Shown: one piece after another, positions 26,129 to 40,272 of the stretch
Position numbering within the stretch: the first letter of the stretch is position 1
How the letters are laid out: every line of letters starts with the position of its first letter
NCBI RefSeq assembly: GCF_048593235.1
Contig: NC_133621.1
Span: 35,889,148 to 35,953,147, forward strand
Direction of reading: 5' to 3'
Length of the DNA stretch: 64,000 bases
Origin: Sminthopsis crassicaudata
Taxonomy: Eukaryota
The notes under the pieces: generated by a model
The model's input: only the letters and a program-made list of their open reading frames with translations
Database searches by the model: none
What the model was told of the DNA's origin: nothing
Translations under genes and position numbers: made by a program

Positions 26129-28621
26129 AGAAGAGGGAAATGGCCAACCACTCCAGTGTCTTTGTCAAGAAAGCTCCATAGACAGTGTTGGTATGTCTGC
26201 AGAGACATGAAGCCTTGGTCATGACTGAACTGCAACAAAGGGTGAAGAAATCCATATCACAGGGAGGCAGGAAAGGAGTTTGGATCATCCCACGGGGTCT
26301 ATTTGCAGCTGAAGCTTTTGAAGGTGCTTTTGGTGAGCCTGCTGAAGATGAACTCATATCCCTGCATTTTTATTCTTTTACATGCGCAATAGTGTGAAGA
26401 GTATTAATTATAAAAGAAAGAGCAATATAACAGCTTATCCCAGGACTATTTCTAGTTTGACACCATACAAAAAGGTAAAACAAGAGGAATAACGATCCTT
26501 TGCTCCCTCATTAGTGTAGCATTTTGCCCTTTTCAGCATATGTTCACAAACATCTCATTTATCTTCATGATAAAATATCTCCCTCAATTACTACATGAGG
26601 AACCTCTATAAGCTCTGATGACTTAGCCAAGATATAGTGTTAGTGATAGGAATGATGTTTTGTTCGCAGCTGCTCATAATAGAAAATTGTGTACTTTGTA
26701 CATGGTACATTTTACTTTGCCTCAGCTCGTGGAAGTCTTTCTAGCTTTTTTCTGAGAGCATCCTGATCATCATTCCTTATAGCACCATAGTGCTATCTAT
26801 CATAACCATTTACCACAATATGTTCAGTCAGTCTCCAATTGATGGGCATTCCCTCAATTCCAATTCCTTGCTCCCAGAAAAGAGCTGTTATAACTATTTC
26901 TATACAGATATGTCCTTTGGACAAAATTCCAATTGTTCTGCAGAAATTGAATCAGTTCATAGCTCGAGTTCCAGGCTTTCTGAGGTTCAAATAGACAAGC
27001 ACTAATAAATCTCTGTTTACTTATATGTTATTTGATGTTCTTGATTTTATGCCAAGAGTAAACTCTTCTATTCAGTTAAACATGTTTCATCTGTTCATTC
27101 AGGCTCAGCTTCATAACGCCAACATCATATGTAGATTTCCATGAAAAAAGCAAATTTGGAGTAAAGTGGGCTTGGAAAGAGAAAGAGACCTCTCACTTTT
27201 TTACCCATCGATCGTATTGAGTAGATTCACAATTATTCAGACTGCCGGAAGGATGGGAGAATCATGCAGAGCTTCTGGAGGCTTTTATCTCAGATACTCA
27301 GATGTCAGTGTGAGATAGGCCAGTGCTGTTGTTGAGCAGGATGTGACCAACAGGGTCATGCAACAGCTGACGTAGTGATTCTTTGTCTGGGTCTGAGAGC
27401 ATGAGGAACAATTGAAAACCTAAGCCATGGTTAACTTCAGAAGTTCTCTTATTTTGGAGTAGATAAAGACAAAGTAAAACAAAGTAAAACCTGTTACCCT
27501 TAAAAGCTCCCACTAATCAAACCTGAATCCATTTAGATTCAATGCTTGCACCCCTAGGGATCAAGATCAATAAAATCAGAACCAAATATGCTTTGACCAC
27601 AACTACATACAAAAAAGAAAACAAAGGCAGCACAATGTCCTTCTGGAGTTGAAAAGAGGCACAGAGCAAACTATTTTTTGTGGGTTTGTTGCTGATTAAG
27701 TTGCTTTGTTTTGCTTTGTAGAGGGAATGCTTATTCAGGTACTGCTTAAATTAGGTGATCTGGCACCAAAAATCTCTTCCAACTCAGACATTCTGTGATA
27801 AATTAAATGCTGAAATCTTTATGTAAGATTTTGGTTTTTATATCCATTTGATTATTTGTTTTTGTTAATGAGTAAGTTTGTAGTACTTTTTTTTTAAAGG
27901 AGTTGGTCGGAATAGAGCAGGATGAGTTAGGGAAGAGCAATGCTGTGCCAAAAAATTGGGTCCCTTTAAAGGGCAAACCAGATTCCCAATAGTATCAATT
28001 TTATTCTTCTCAGAACTCTTTCTAAAAACCTAGAATAAAATATAGCACATTTCATTGCCTCCTACTGTTCCTAAATGGTTTGGTCCAAATAAGAGCCAAC
28101 TGTATCTGAAACTCCAGGAGAAATCAAGTGTCTTAATGAGTTTTGGCAAACTCTATTAGCTCTAGTGGGAAATAAGAGGGATTTGCTTATCAATTTCTGT
28201 TCTGGTTGGAAGCTGACAGACAAATTTGCTGCTTGGAAACCCAGTGATTTTTAAGGATCAAAACCTCTTCCTGTGTTTATCACTACTAGCACACATGAAG
28301 CATAAATTCAGAACCCTCCCACCTCAGTATAGTTTTGTCTACAGCGACTTTATTTTTTTGTACTGACAAGGGGGACGCTTCAGCACTCACAGAAGTCTAG
28401 AGATTGAAATGACCTTGGAGGACGACCCAAATAAAAATATAAAAATCCCCAACCGGTGCTCATCCAGCTTCTTGGAGTCTAGAGAGGGGCATTCTGTTAC
28501 CTTCCAGAGCAGTCCATTCCGATTTGGGGAGCAGTAATTGGAGGGACATTTTTTCACATTGCCCAAATCTGCCTTTTGCCCATTTCTACTCATTGCTTCT
28601 GGCAGAAAAAGTTATTGGTTT

Positions 28622-28625
<4 letters not shown>

Positions 28626-28678
<53 letters not shown>
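28626..28678. repeat. (AC)n microsatellite
   Basis: Visible AC run. Confidence 0.95.
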
Positions 28679-28680
<2 letters not shown>

Positions 28681-30329
28681 TAGCAATGTCCTTCTAATAC
28701 CCTTTCAAAATAATGATTTTATGAATGACAGATACAGCTGATACCAGCATTGCCTTGCCATTGAAGTTGATTAGGGCTGGCAAGATATGAAATTGCCCAT
28801 AGAAGCTGCACAGTTCTGTCTCAGCTGAGGAGTTTGCATCAGATGATGGCTGGTTATGGGTAAAGTGACCAGCTATCTTGGTTTTATTGGGATACTTCTT
28901 AATAAAACCTGACTATCAGGACAGGGGCCCTGGTAAAGCTCCCGATTAGGATCCCAGATGTTAGTTTTGTTCCCCTCCTACACAAGTCCTCCCCACTCCT
29001 TCTTGTCCCATTGAAAATGATGAGGTTGATCGCTGTGAATGATAGGGAGACACAGCTAGAGGAGAGGGGGAATCTTTCAATACAGACTGTTAGAATTCAG
29101 AGGTATCTACCCTAGTCCTCCACGTTTCTGACAAATAATCATCTAGTCTGTTTGAAGCTATCTATTGAGAGGAAACTATATAATAGCTGACGTGTAGTGG
29201 TTAGAACATCTGGTCAATAAGACCTGATTTCAAATCTATACAGAAACTTAACTGCAGTGTAATCATGGGCAAGTCACTCAAGCCCACTTAATCTCTGCTT
29301 ACCTCAGTTTCTTCATTTGTAAAATGGGAGAAATTATATATATTATATGACATAAAATTTATATATGTAACATGTTTATATATAAAATTATATATATATC
29401 ATATGTATGTACATATAGAAAACATATTTGTATGCACACTTGTATACATATATTCACACATATATAATATATATGTTTAATTACACTTTGTGTCAAAGAA
29501 ACTTCTGGATCTATTTCCCTGCCTATTAATATGTAATAAACTAAATAGTACTGTGTTCCATATACAGGTGCTGAGATTTAGAAATGTTGAAAATAGCTAT
29601 GCTATTGCTGGTCCTATTCCCCGTTCATGGTGAGGTTGGATTTTTTAAAGGTAAAAGTAGGCTTTGCTGTGGGAGGGATTCATTTGCTATGCCAGGCTTG
29701 TCTAATACATTAATTACTTGCTTCACATGATGAATCAATCGGTCACAGACCTGGGGCTAATTAATGCCCTCCTTCCATCAGACTATATTTAGTAGCAGAA
29801 GGGGAATCAGAATGAATATGAGCACATCCAAGTCATCTGTCCAACAAGGGAAGTCACTCAGTGAAACAGCAAGATGATTGAACTGGGAGCGAAGCCCGTT
29901 GGGCTTCCGTCTTTGTGCTGGCACTAACTAGCTATTTGAATTTAAACAAGTCATGTAGCATGTCTGAGTCTCAGTTTACTTACACATAAAATGAACAAGC
30001 TGATCTCAGAAGTCTCTGCCAGCTCGAAATCTGGAGAATCCTCAGATCCCACACCTTTCCCTGTGTGTCTTTACCTTCTGACTTTGGAACATGGGACAAA
30101 CATCCTTTGGTACCCTAGGATGTCAGTCTCAGGCTACTCCATCCCCGTTTCCAACATCTGTCCAGATGCTAACAGGGATGGAGATGAGGAAGGAGGAATC
30201 CTCTGTCCCAGGCTCTCTGTAATATTTTACTTAGTCGTCTCAAAAGCTCCATGGATTTGACTATATCCTTTGGGTTGGTGATTCTCAGGTCTACCCAACC
30301 TGTCTTCGGGCCTCCCATCTGGCATTTCT

Positions 30330-31205
30330 ACCACCTGGCACTGGATTTCCAGGAAGCTTCTTAAGCTCCACCTGCCCCAACCCCTTCTTTGCCCTTCCCA
30401 GCATTGTCGTGGCTACCCCCCTCCTCCCAGACCTCCAGGCCTAGGAGACCTTGGTTCATCACTCCCCACAGCCAAACTGTTACCCAAGCCAGCTGATTTT
30501 ACTTCAGTCTCTTGAATATGGCTTCTTCTCTAGCCTCTGTTAAAGGTGACACCCTCATCTTCTCATCTCTTGTTCCTGCAAAAGCTTGTAATGGGACTTC
30601 CTGCCTCAAATATTTCCCCACTCAGACCTTTCACCTCCAGCCACTAAAGTGATTTTCCCAAAGTTCAGGCCCAACCACCTCACCTTGCTACTCAGCAAGC
30701 TCCAGTGGCTCCCTATCACCTTTGGGATCCAATGCAAGATGCTCTGTTTGGCATTCCAAGCCCTTCCTATCCTAGCCCCCTCCTGTCTTTCCAGCCTTCT
30801 CACACCTTGACTTGGTGACTCTTCAATCCGCTGTCCCTCGTCTCCAGAGGTTCCACCACCAAGACCTTCCAGCTCTAGACTGGGGGCGTTTTCTCTGATT
30901 GTCTTTTGTGTCTGGAGCACTCTCTTCCCTGCTCAACTACTGACTTCCCTGGTTTTCTTTAAGTCCCAACTAAAATCCCATTTTTTTTTTTTTTTTTTTT
31001 TGTGGGAAGCCTTCCTCATCTTCACCTCCTCTTAATTCCAGTGCCTTCCCTCTGCTGATTATTTCCTGTTTATCTTGCATATAGCTAACTCTCTATATAT
31101 TTGTTTGCATACTGTCTTCCCCATAAGCTCCTTGAGATTAGGGACTGTTTTTTGCATATCCCTTGTAATTGGCATGTAGTAGGAGCTTAATAAATGTTTA
31201 TTGAC
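30330..31205 (+). mobile_element. L2 LINE 3' portion
   Basis: Typical L2 motifs (CTCCAGTGGCTCCCTATCACC; terminal GCTTAATAAATGTTTATTGACTGA). Confidence 0.75.
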
Positions 31206-31738
31206 TGATTTTAAAAAATGCTTTGTTGCTCTCAACATTCAGGGGGGCAGAGGAGCTCTAGCTCCAGATCCAGGTTACTTACCATCTGCTGGTTCCTGAT
31301 GAGGAGCTAAAAGCCCTCCTTGTAGATCCTTTAATATTATGGCCTTAATTAGAGTCTAGCGGGGATCTACCCATTAGTTAGATCAAATCATTTGTTGGGC
31401 TACCAAAATCCAAACTAAAAAAATTACAAAAAAAGGAGAACAGTGGCCAAAAGTCTCAGTAGAAGCATTATTATAAAAATGACTGGCTTGATGGCAAGTC
31501 TATTTACTTTGGGGGGCCTATGTCCCCAAGTGTTAAATGAGGAAGGAAAATTAGGTGATCTTGAAGTTTTAATTCTAAATCTGTCACTTCATGATTGATG
31601 AGCAATAAATGATGACCTGAGCTCTTCCTGATGCTTTTTGTGAATTTGGAATAGAAGCAGAATAGATCTCACAATTATACAATAATCTTGGTACAAGGAG
31701 ACTACTATTACCCCCATTTTATACTTGAGGCAGAAATT

Positions 31739-33106
31739 TTTATTTTATTTTATAATTATAAAATTTTTTTTGACAGTATATATGCATGAGTAATTTTTTT
31801 ATAACATTATCCCTTGTATTCATTTTTCCAAATTATCCCCTTCCTCCCTCTACTCCCTCCCCCCAATGACAGGCAATCCCATACATTCTACATGTATTAC
31901 AATATAACCTAGATACAATATATGTGTGTAAATCCCATTTTCTTGTTGCATGTTAAGTATTAGCTTCCAAAGGTATAAGTAACCTGGGTAGAAAGACAGT
32001 AGTGCTAACAGTTTACATTCACTTCCCAGTGCTCCTCCTCTGGGTGTAGTTATTTCTGTCCATCATTGATCAACTGGAAGTGAGTTGGATCTTCTTTATG
32101 TTGAAGATTTCCACTTCCATCAGAATACCTCTTCATACAGCATTGAAGTGTACAGCGATCTTCTGGTTTCACTCAGCATCAGTTGATGTAAGTCTCTCCA
32201 AGCCTCTCTGTATTCCTACTGCTGGTCATTTCTTACAGAGCAATAATATTCCATAACCTTCATATACCATAATTTACCCAACCATTCTCCAATTGATGGA
32301 CATCCATTCATCTTCCAGCTTCTAGCCACTACAAAAAGAGCTGCCACAAACATTTTGGCACATACAGGCCCCTTTCCACTCTTCAGTATTTCTTTGGGAT
32401 ATAAGCCCAATAGCAGCAATGCTGGATCAAAGGGTATGCACAGTTTGATAACTTTTGGGGCATAGTTCCAGATTACTCTCCAGAATGGTTGAATTCTTTC
32501 ACAACTCCACCAACAATGTATCAGTGCCCCAGTTTTCCCACATCCCCTCCAACATTCATCATTATTTGTTCCTGCCATCTTAGCCAATCTGACAGGTGTG
32601 TAGTGGTATCTCAGAGTGGTCTTAATTTGCATTTCTCTGATCAGTAGTGATTTGGAACACTCTTTCATATGAGTGGATATAATTTCAATTTCATCATCTG
32701 AGAATTGTCTGTTCATATCCTTTGATCATTTATCAATTGGAGAATGGTTTGATTTCTTATAAATTAGGGTCAGTTCTCTATATACTTTGGAAATGAGACC
32801 TTTATCAGAACTTTTAACTGTAGAAATATTTTCCCAATTTGTTACTTCCCTTCTAATCTTGTTTGCATTAGTATTGTTTGTACAGAAACTTTTTAGTTTG
32901 ATGTAATCAAAATCTTCTATTTTGTGATCAATAATGATCTCTAGTTCTCTTCTGGTCATAAATTCCTTCCTCCTCCACAGGTCTGAGAGGTAGATTATCC
33001 TCTGTTCCTCTAATCTATTTATTATCTCCCTCTTTATGCCTAAATCATGGACCCATTTTGATCTTATCTTGGTATATAGTGTTAAGTGTGGGTTCATATC
33101 TAATTT
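31739..33106 (-). mobile_element. 5'-truncated young L1 inserted into an older SINE
   Basis: ORFs 32216..32716 and 32726..33142 are L1 ORF2 C-terminus (CWRGCGKTGALIHCWWSC); 15-bp TSD CTTGAGGCAGAAATT at 31724-31738 and 33107-33121. Confidence 0.95.
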
Positions 33107-35282
33107 CTTGAGGCAGAAATTAAATAACTTGCCCAGGGTCACTGCTGGTAATTGTCTGAGGCAGGATTTTCTTGATCCCAGCTCTCATTTGCTCAAAATC
33201 TTCAAGAAATGGAGGGACTTGGGAACTCATGGAAAGTAGTTGAGGACAGTGACTCTCGATTCCCTGATGAGAAACATCCTTCCATCCTTGAAGACTGGCT
33301 CATTGTCTGCAAGTTTGAGTCTTATCAGTTGCCTAGAACATCCAGAGGTTAGGTTGCCTCATCAGGGTTGTCCAGCCAGGAAGGGTTATACGTGGGAATG
33401 GAAGTAGTAACACACACATGAAATTCAGAGTAGAGGGAAAGTCAATCGTCTGGAAGGCATGGGCAGGGGAGGTCATGTTAAACAGCATTTTATATTTGAT
33501 TCTGGAGGTAATATGGAAGCAGTGGAGTTTACTGAATAGGGAGGAGATGACATAAATTGATGTAAAACCACTTTGTCAGTGGAGTGGAAAATGGATTAAA
33601 GTGGAAAGAGACTTGAGACCAAGGAGAAAGTTACTGCAATAGGTGAGGTCTGTCTAAGATGATGGCTGAGTGAGTGAAGAAGAGAGATGCTAGAAAGTGA
33701 GAAAAGACAAAACCTGACAGCAGATTGGATAAGTGGGAGGAGGGGGAGACATGAAGTATAATGAGTTCTGTTCTGCGCATTTTGAGTTCAAGATGCCTCC
33801 AGAATGTCCTACGGCTCTACTTCCCAGTGTAATTAGTTTACTTTGCCACATAATTATCTCTTTCATTGACTCAGGTAGAAGGAAGTTTGCAAAGAGCTTC
33901 ACATCTACTATCTCATTTGACCTTCCCAGCAGCCCTGGATGGCAGGTGCTGTTATTTTTCTCATTTTGCAGATGGGGAGACTGAGGCATAGAAAAGTTCA
34001 GAAGTTAAGTTGCCCACAGCTACCCAGAGTCTGAGGCAAGATTTGGAACTCAGGTCTTTCTGACCCTAACTAGGCTATCCTGAACTGGGCCAGCTTAGCT
34101 GCCTCAAAATGAAATTTCCCAAAGAATCCAAGCTATAAGCTCACACTTTTCACTGTGATTGCCTTTGTTATTATTTGATTTAATGATAATTTATTAAGTA
34201 CCTCCTATTTGTCCAGCTAGGTATAGTGAAGAGTCCAGAAGACTTACTTGACCTTTATCTTAAGAAACTCTGTCTCAAGAAATGTACAGATTGTTAGAAA
34301 AGACCAATCTTATGTTTATAAAAAAATTTGAAAATAACAAAAACCAGATTGTTTTGTGTCAAATGGGTGATTCACTTAAGACCAGTGGGCACTCAAAAAG
34401 GGAGATCAGTTTGGGCTAGAGTAGCTTGGAAGGGATCTTCATGGAAGATGGGCAGAAATTCATTCATTCATTATTTGAGTGGAGTCATCTATCACTTCTT
34501 GCCCCCAGGACCACAAGATGAGCAAGATCTGGGATGAGACGTAGGATGAGAAGGTAGGAGTCTACAGATACAGAACACTACTCATGCTATTAGGCATCTT
34601 GCCCTTAGCACCCACAGATCTACAGTTAGAAGGCATTTCTGAGGCCTTTGATTTCAATCCTTCCAAAAAACTGGGGGTCAGGGAGAACTAAGTGGCCTGC
34701 CCCAATCATTCAGAGTATCTCCAAAATGGATTCTTTTTTCTCTGTGCTGCACTGTCTTTGGATTAATTGTTTTTTTTTCTTTGATCTAAGCAATGATGAT
34801 ATTAAAAAAAAGGGTAGCATCAATAATTTTAAGAAAAGTTAGATCTAGCTCCTATTGTCTAGAATTTTACAGCAGAGGACTTGATTTCCTCATTTATAAA
34901 ACAAGAGGTTTATATAAAATCTAAGGATTCTTCTGGCTCTGACATTTTATTCAGCTATGAATCTGTGATTTGGGAGGTACCTTGAAAAATATGTATGTAT
35001 AACAAATTTCCATCACTAGGTTTCTCCTATGACAATAAGAAAAGCTGTTTTCTTTCATTTGAATACCATCTTTGCGAGGTTGGGCTAATTGAGAAGTTTT
35101 GGTTTTGTCTTTATAAGATAAATGTTTAAATAATGTAAATTATCATTTGCGTTTTGTATTAATAGTTTGTTGTTTAGTCACTTCAGTTTTGTCTGACTAT
35201 TGTGGTTTTCTTGGCAAAATATTGAAGTATTTTGTTATTTCCTTCTCCAGCTTATTTTACAATTGAAAAAAATTGTCAAACT

Positions 35283-35657
35283 TTTATTAGGTAAGGGGGC
35301 AAGGTAGGCAAGATCTAGTTTCATCCTTCTTGGTAGCAGCCTTCCTCATGGCAGCTTCTCTCTCTTTCTCTTGGCCCAGATGTGAGTTCCCACCTTTTTT
35401 TTTTTTATGAACTTAAGGACTCACTTATCCTTGGAGACCTTTAACAATTCCATGGTCCTCCTTTCATGAGGAGCAAGCCCACATGCCTCCCTGATTATGT
35501 CTCACAGACTGGTGTGTTTGGTCAAGTGGCAGTGCCCTGACTTGGAAACATTTTTGGTACTTTTATGGCCCTTATTGAGGCCCACAGCCATGAGATATTG
35601 CATGGCCATGGCCCTGGGCTGTTACAGCTCCAAGAGCAGCCACAGCAGAAGGAAGAG
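35283..35657 (-). pseudogene. RPL36: Processed pseudogene of 60S ribosomal protein L36
   Basis: From ATG at 35609 (-): [23 protein letters not shown]...LTKHT..[47 protein letters not shown]...AAMRKAATKKD, which matches RPL36. Intronless, with two stops and deletions, a 5'TOP-like CTCTTCCTTC leader and AATAAA at 35283-35288. Confidence 0.93.
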
Positions 35658-35984
35658 GGAGTGTGGAACTCTCTATTTAACAGATTTTATAGGAACTGAG
35701 GGAAATAGAATTAAGTGACTTGCCCAGGGTCACCCAGCTGGTAAGTGTCTGAGGTTCCAATTGAACTCAGGAAGAGGAGTCTTGCTGACTTTGTGCAGTA
35801 TGGTACCACTGAGGTACCCCCATATTAATAATGGTACTTTCTTAGGTTTTGAAAAAGGCTTTGCAGGTATTATCTTGTTTGCTCAAACTATCTCTGTTGC
35901 ATAGATTTTATTGTCTTAATTTTATAGTAGGAAACTGAAGCTCAGAAACCAAAACAGCACTTAAAATACTTAATAAATGATTGT

Positions 35985-36140
35985 TGAGGGCAGATAGAAG
36001 GTGCAGTAGATAAGAGCACCACTAACCCTGAAGTCAGGAGAACCTGAATTCAAATATGACCTCAGACAATACTTTCTAGCTGGGCAAGTCACTTAACCCC
36101 AGTTGTCTAAGCAAAAAATAAAATAAAATAAAATAAAGAA
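35985..36140 (+). mobile_element. tRNA-derived SINE with (AAAAT)n tail
   Basis: GGGCAGATAGAAGGTGCAGTAGATAAGAGC...GAATTCAAAT...GGGCAAGTCACTTAACCCC, then an A-rich tail. Confidence 0.8.
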
Positions 36141-39100
36141 AATTAGAAGTGGTTTTTAAAAAAATCAAATGCTTGTTGACTGACAGACTAGTTAATAATT
36201 GGTGTTAGCTATTAAATATCAGAGATAGGATTTGAAACCAGGTTTTGCTTAAGTCCAACGTAAGCCCTGTTTCTGTCACACCAATTGGTTTTTAGTTTTT
36301 AATAGCAAAAGCATTTTGAACACAAACAATGCATCCCAGTACTTTAAACATACCCATTGCTCCTCCTGTTACCCACTCCTTCCTGTTCTCCCAGGAGAGA
36401 ATTAAATATATGAAGGAGTTAGCTGGGCTTTTCCCTCCGTGCCTTCTTTTACTCCAAGGAGTTTCTCCCCTCCCTTATGAAGAATTAGAGGTGGAATTAA
36501 AGGGACCAAACAGAAAAGTGTTGCCAGGTAAGAGAAAACCATTTCATCTTTTGAGATTTTAAAAAATGACCAATGCTGGGTTCTTTGCTTTGAATGTTCC
36601 CATGACAATTTCATTTTTCTTCCTTTCCACATGAAAGCCTCTTTGAGTGTAGGGGAGCCTGAAATGAAGAGACTGCATAAGGAGGTTTGATGTCTTAAAA
36701 ACTCTCACATGGTGGGAACAGAATAGAATAATTGGGGAGAGGGTGGAATGATTGATAACCTGTTCTTTGCTGATCTAGATGAATAGATCATGAAGTATTA
36801 TTATCATTATTATTATTATTATTATTATTTTATAGCTATAAAGTACTGTTGGTTTTGGGGAGAAAAATTGAAGACTTTTGTTAGAAAAGTAACATTTTAT
36901 ATTATGAAAAAATTTTAAAGCTTTTATGAATAATGAGATTGTAATACAGAAGACCAAACATGAGGGAGGAATCGCAAATCTTAAAATATTTTTTAAAGTA
37001 TCATATTGTTTCCTTCTTTTTTAAATTTTATTTTTTCAATGAACAATTATTTATTTTCTCTCTCTGCCCAATTGTCCCAATAACAATTTAGGGGCAAGAG
37101 AAGAATGTCAGGCTAGATGTCATTGGGGTTTTTCCTAATGTTTGACTTGTTTCCTTACTTCTGTCAAATGCCATAATATTTTTATGGATGAAATAAGATG
37201 CTTATTTTTGCAAAGCTCTTTAAGAATCGGCTACGTAGAGTTACTTGTTTGGATTCCATTGAGATGGGTTTTGTTATTATTATTGTTTTATTTTTCTTTT
37301 TGTCTTTTAATCAGCAAGGAGAGAGAAGGTAATTATCCTGTACTTAGTATCATCAAACACACAGACAGTGAAGAGATTGGGGAAAGACTGTCTTCCTGTG
37401 GGACACTCATTATTCCTGAGATTTGGTTTGTGTACTTTATAGGAAGAGAAGCAATTTCCATTTTGGCTCATTTATCTATTGACTTGGGGAGTAGAGGAGC
37501 ACCCCTGGCTAAAATGTCCCCCAGTAAAAGACAATTAAAATCTTCCTGGAATGATCTGGACTTTTCATTTCCCTTTCTTAGCTCATGGTTAGGGTGAGGA
37601 TACCAATAGAGGTTGGAGGGAGAAACATCAGATAACCCCTGAATTGCAGGAAAGGTCATGAAAGCTTTACAGAGCCATTTTTGGGGGGTCAAAAAATAAA
37701 GAGTAAATGAGCCTTTTTGGGAGGGTTGCAGAGGTTTATAGAATCCAAGGGAAGAATTTGGTTGACAAATAAGACTTAATTAGGGATTAAATGGAATACA
37801 TGCTTTGTATGCAGGAGCTCGGTTAATTGTTTAAAAATGCACACAGGAAATATTATCCTCAAACATTCCATAAGAGTTCTGGGTATCCTTACTCACTAAT
37901 ATATTATCTAATTGCATTTTTGTGGTAGAGAAGTTTTATAGCATCCAGGATTGGGAAAAGGTCAGAGCTGTGATTGTATTCTCTTCTCTGTTTCTCCATA
38001 CACATTTGTAGCAATGAAAGATTAAGCTAAATTTTAAGATTTTCTTTGATGTCTTAGAAGGAAGCATGAAGATGTTAAAACAGGATGCATTTAGTTAGGA
38101 GACTTGAATGTAAATCCCGTCTCTGCCAATTGCAAAGTCAAATGACTTTATTTTTGTGAGTCTTGGTTTCTAGTCGTATCAATTAATTATGTTTTTTAAT
38201 TCTTTTTAGATTTTTGGCCATCAAAACTTACAGAAAAATAAACAAATATGATTCCCATTTTATTATCTTAAATCTTCAAAATAAGTATTGCCTTGTGGGA
38301 ATCCCCTGATTCCCAAATTCCTTTTATTCATTGGATAGGACATTCAAAGTTTTTGATCATGAGAACAGAGTGTCTTTTTCCAGTTTTGGGAAGAATAAAG
38401 GAATTTAGAGACCATGATATTGAGATAAGGGAAATGTTTGGATTGTAGGATTCTTTCAACTCTTGGCAAAATACATCATCTCTCCCCTTTTTATGACTTT
38501 TTATGATAACACGATATGGCTGATGTGTCCTGTTAGCAAAGAAATTCTACTAGAAAGGAAGTCATCTGGGGAAGGATGTATTGGCCAAGTATAGTTATTT
38601 TTACATTGAGACTGTGCCATATCAAATGCAATACCATAAAGTAAGGCATGGGAAACGTGGTCAGAACTGTGGCTCTGTTTGTGTCTCATCTAAAAGGTGT
38701 GATCTTTTTTTTTTTTTTTTTTTTTTTTTTTTCTTCATTTGCTTGCTTTAGTGTCAAGCCTGAATGATTCAAGGGAAAAAAAGGGTCTGGTATAGTAGAA
38801 AGAGGGATGACTCTACAGCCAGAGAACCTGGGCTCAAATCCTAGCTCTGATGCTTGCTGCTGTGTGACTTTGGCTTTAGCATTAATCTCTGGAGGCCTCA
38901 GTTTCCCAAACAGTAAAAAGAGAGGCTTGGATTGTATGATCCACCAATTCTAGCTCAGAATTCTGTGTTTAATGCCCTGAAAACTCTGCTTAGGATGTGG
39001 AGCCTTTTCCGCTGTGTGAAGATTATTTCTGAGCATATTTCCAGCCACATATAGTGCAAATGATTTCATTAGCCACTGACCTTCCATCAATGAAAAGGCT

Positions 39101-40136
39101 CCTACATGGTAGGCTTGCATATGCCTTATATGATAATATGATATTATTTATATTCCAAGACATTTTGAGAGAAGAATCATCTGCTTTTTGTTCTTGTTCT
39201 TCTGTGGTTTCATGTCCAATTTTTTGTGACCCATTTGGGATTTTCTTGGCAGAGATATTGGAGTAGTTTGCCATTTCCTTCTGCAGTTCATTTTACAAAT
39301 GAGGAAACTGAGACAAATAGGGTGCAGTGATTTGTCCAGTCACACAGCTAGTGAGTGTTCAAAATTCAACGCTGAATTTTAACTCATGAACACGTCTTCC
39401 TGATCCACATATGGAATGTTATTTTATTATTTTAATTTATTTTAATTTTAACAAGATTTCACACCAAGATCCATCATGCAGGCTTATTTTCCCCACAACT
39501 TTCTTGTTTTGTAAAGGGTAGTTTTCTATCATCCTCCTATGTGTTTTTTGAATAAACATCTGTAAAATCAGAATTGTCTTGGGCTGCTGTGTCTCTTCAC
39601 TTGCCAAGATTTACTGTTTGCTAAATAGGCAAGTTTCTAGGTTCCTTTGGCCTTTTTCTTGTGGCAAATATTTTACATTGGTTAAGATTCTCTTGGAGAC
39701 ATTGAGGAAATCGAGAGAATAAAGGGGATTTCATCTTTTACCTGTCCCAGCAACTCAGATGGAAAATGGATCTCAAAGGAAGGCCCAGATTCAAGTCCCA
39801 TTTTGATACCTCCTGCCTGTGTGATCCTGGCATATCTTCTCATCTCCCAGTGCCTGAGGTTAAGTGCTGAAACATCAATACTCTCAATTAAAGGAAAAAT
39901 ACCAATTGCATTGGTTGATGGAGTTTCTTTGCATGGAAGTCCAACCCTTATGCAAGGCCAACCCTTATCCTTAAAATCCTCTGAGAAATGGTGATAATCA
40001 GAGTTAATACTTTTAATTCTAGGTTCGATTTGCTATGAAAATAATACATAAAACAAAAATATCAACTTTGCATGTGTCAACGAGTACAATCAATTGTTCA
40101 AAGAGTTCAATCTGTGGCTTAAAAAGTTATCATTAT

Positions 40137-40272
40137 GGGGCAGCTAGGTGGTGCAGGAGATAGAGCACCAGCCCTGAAATCAGGAGGACCTGAGTTCAAA
40201 TCTGCTCTCAGACACTGCACATCCTAGCTGTGTGACCCTGGGCAAGTCATTTAACTCCAATTGCCTTAGGGG
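40137..40272 (+). mobile_element. WSINE1-like SINE
   Basis: GGGGCAGCTAGGTGGTGCAGGAGATAGAGCACC...GAGTTCAAATC...GGGCAAGTCATTTAAC. Confidence 0.85.

Noticed and set aside
30978-31003. Isolated poly-T runs inside old repeats (also 4977-5006 and ~38705-38731)
   Set aside because: Could be tail-only retro-insertions or slippage; no clear TSD, so they cannot be interpreted.
37142-37597. 151-aa ORF
   Set aside because: Low-complexity Leu/Phe-rich translation of AT-rich DNA with no motif.
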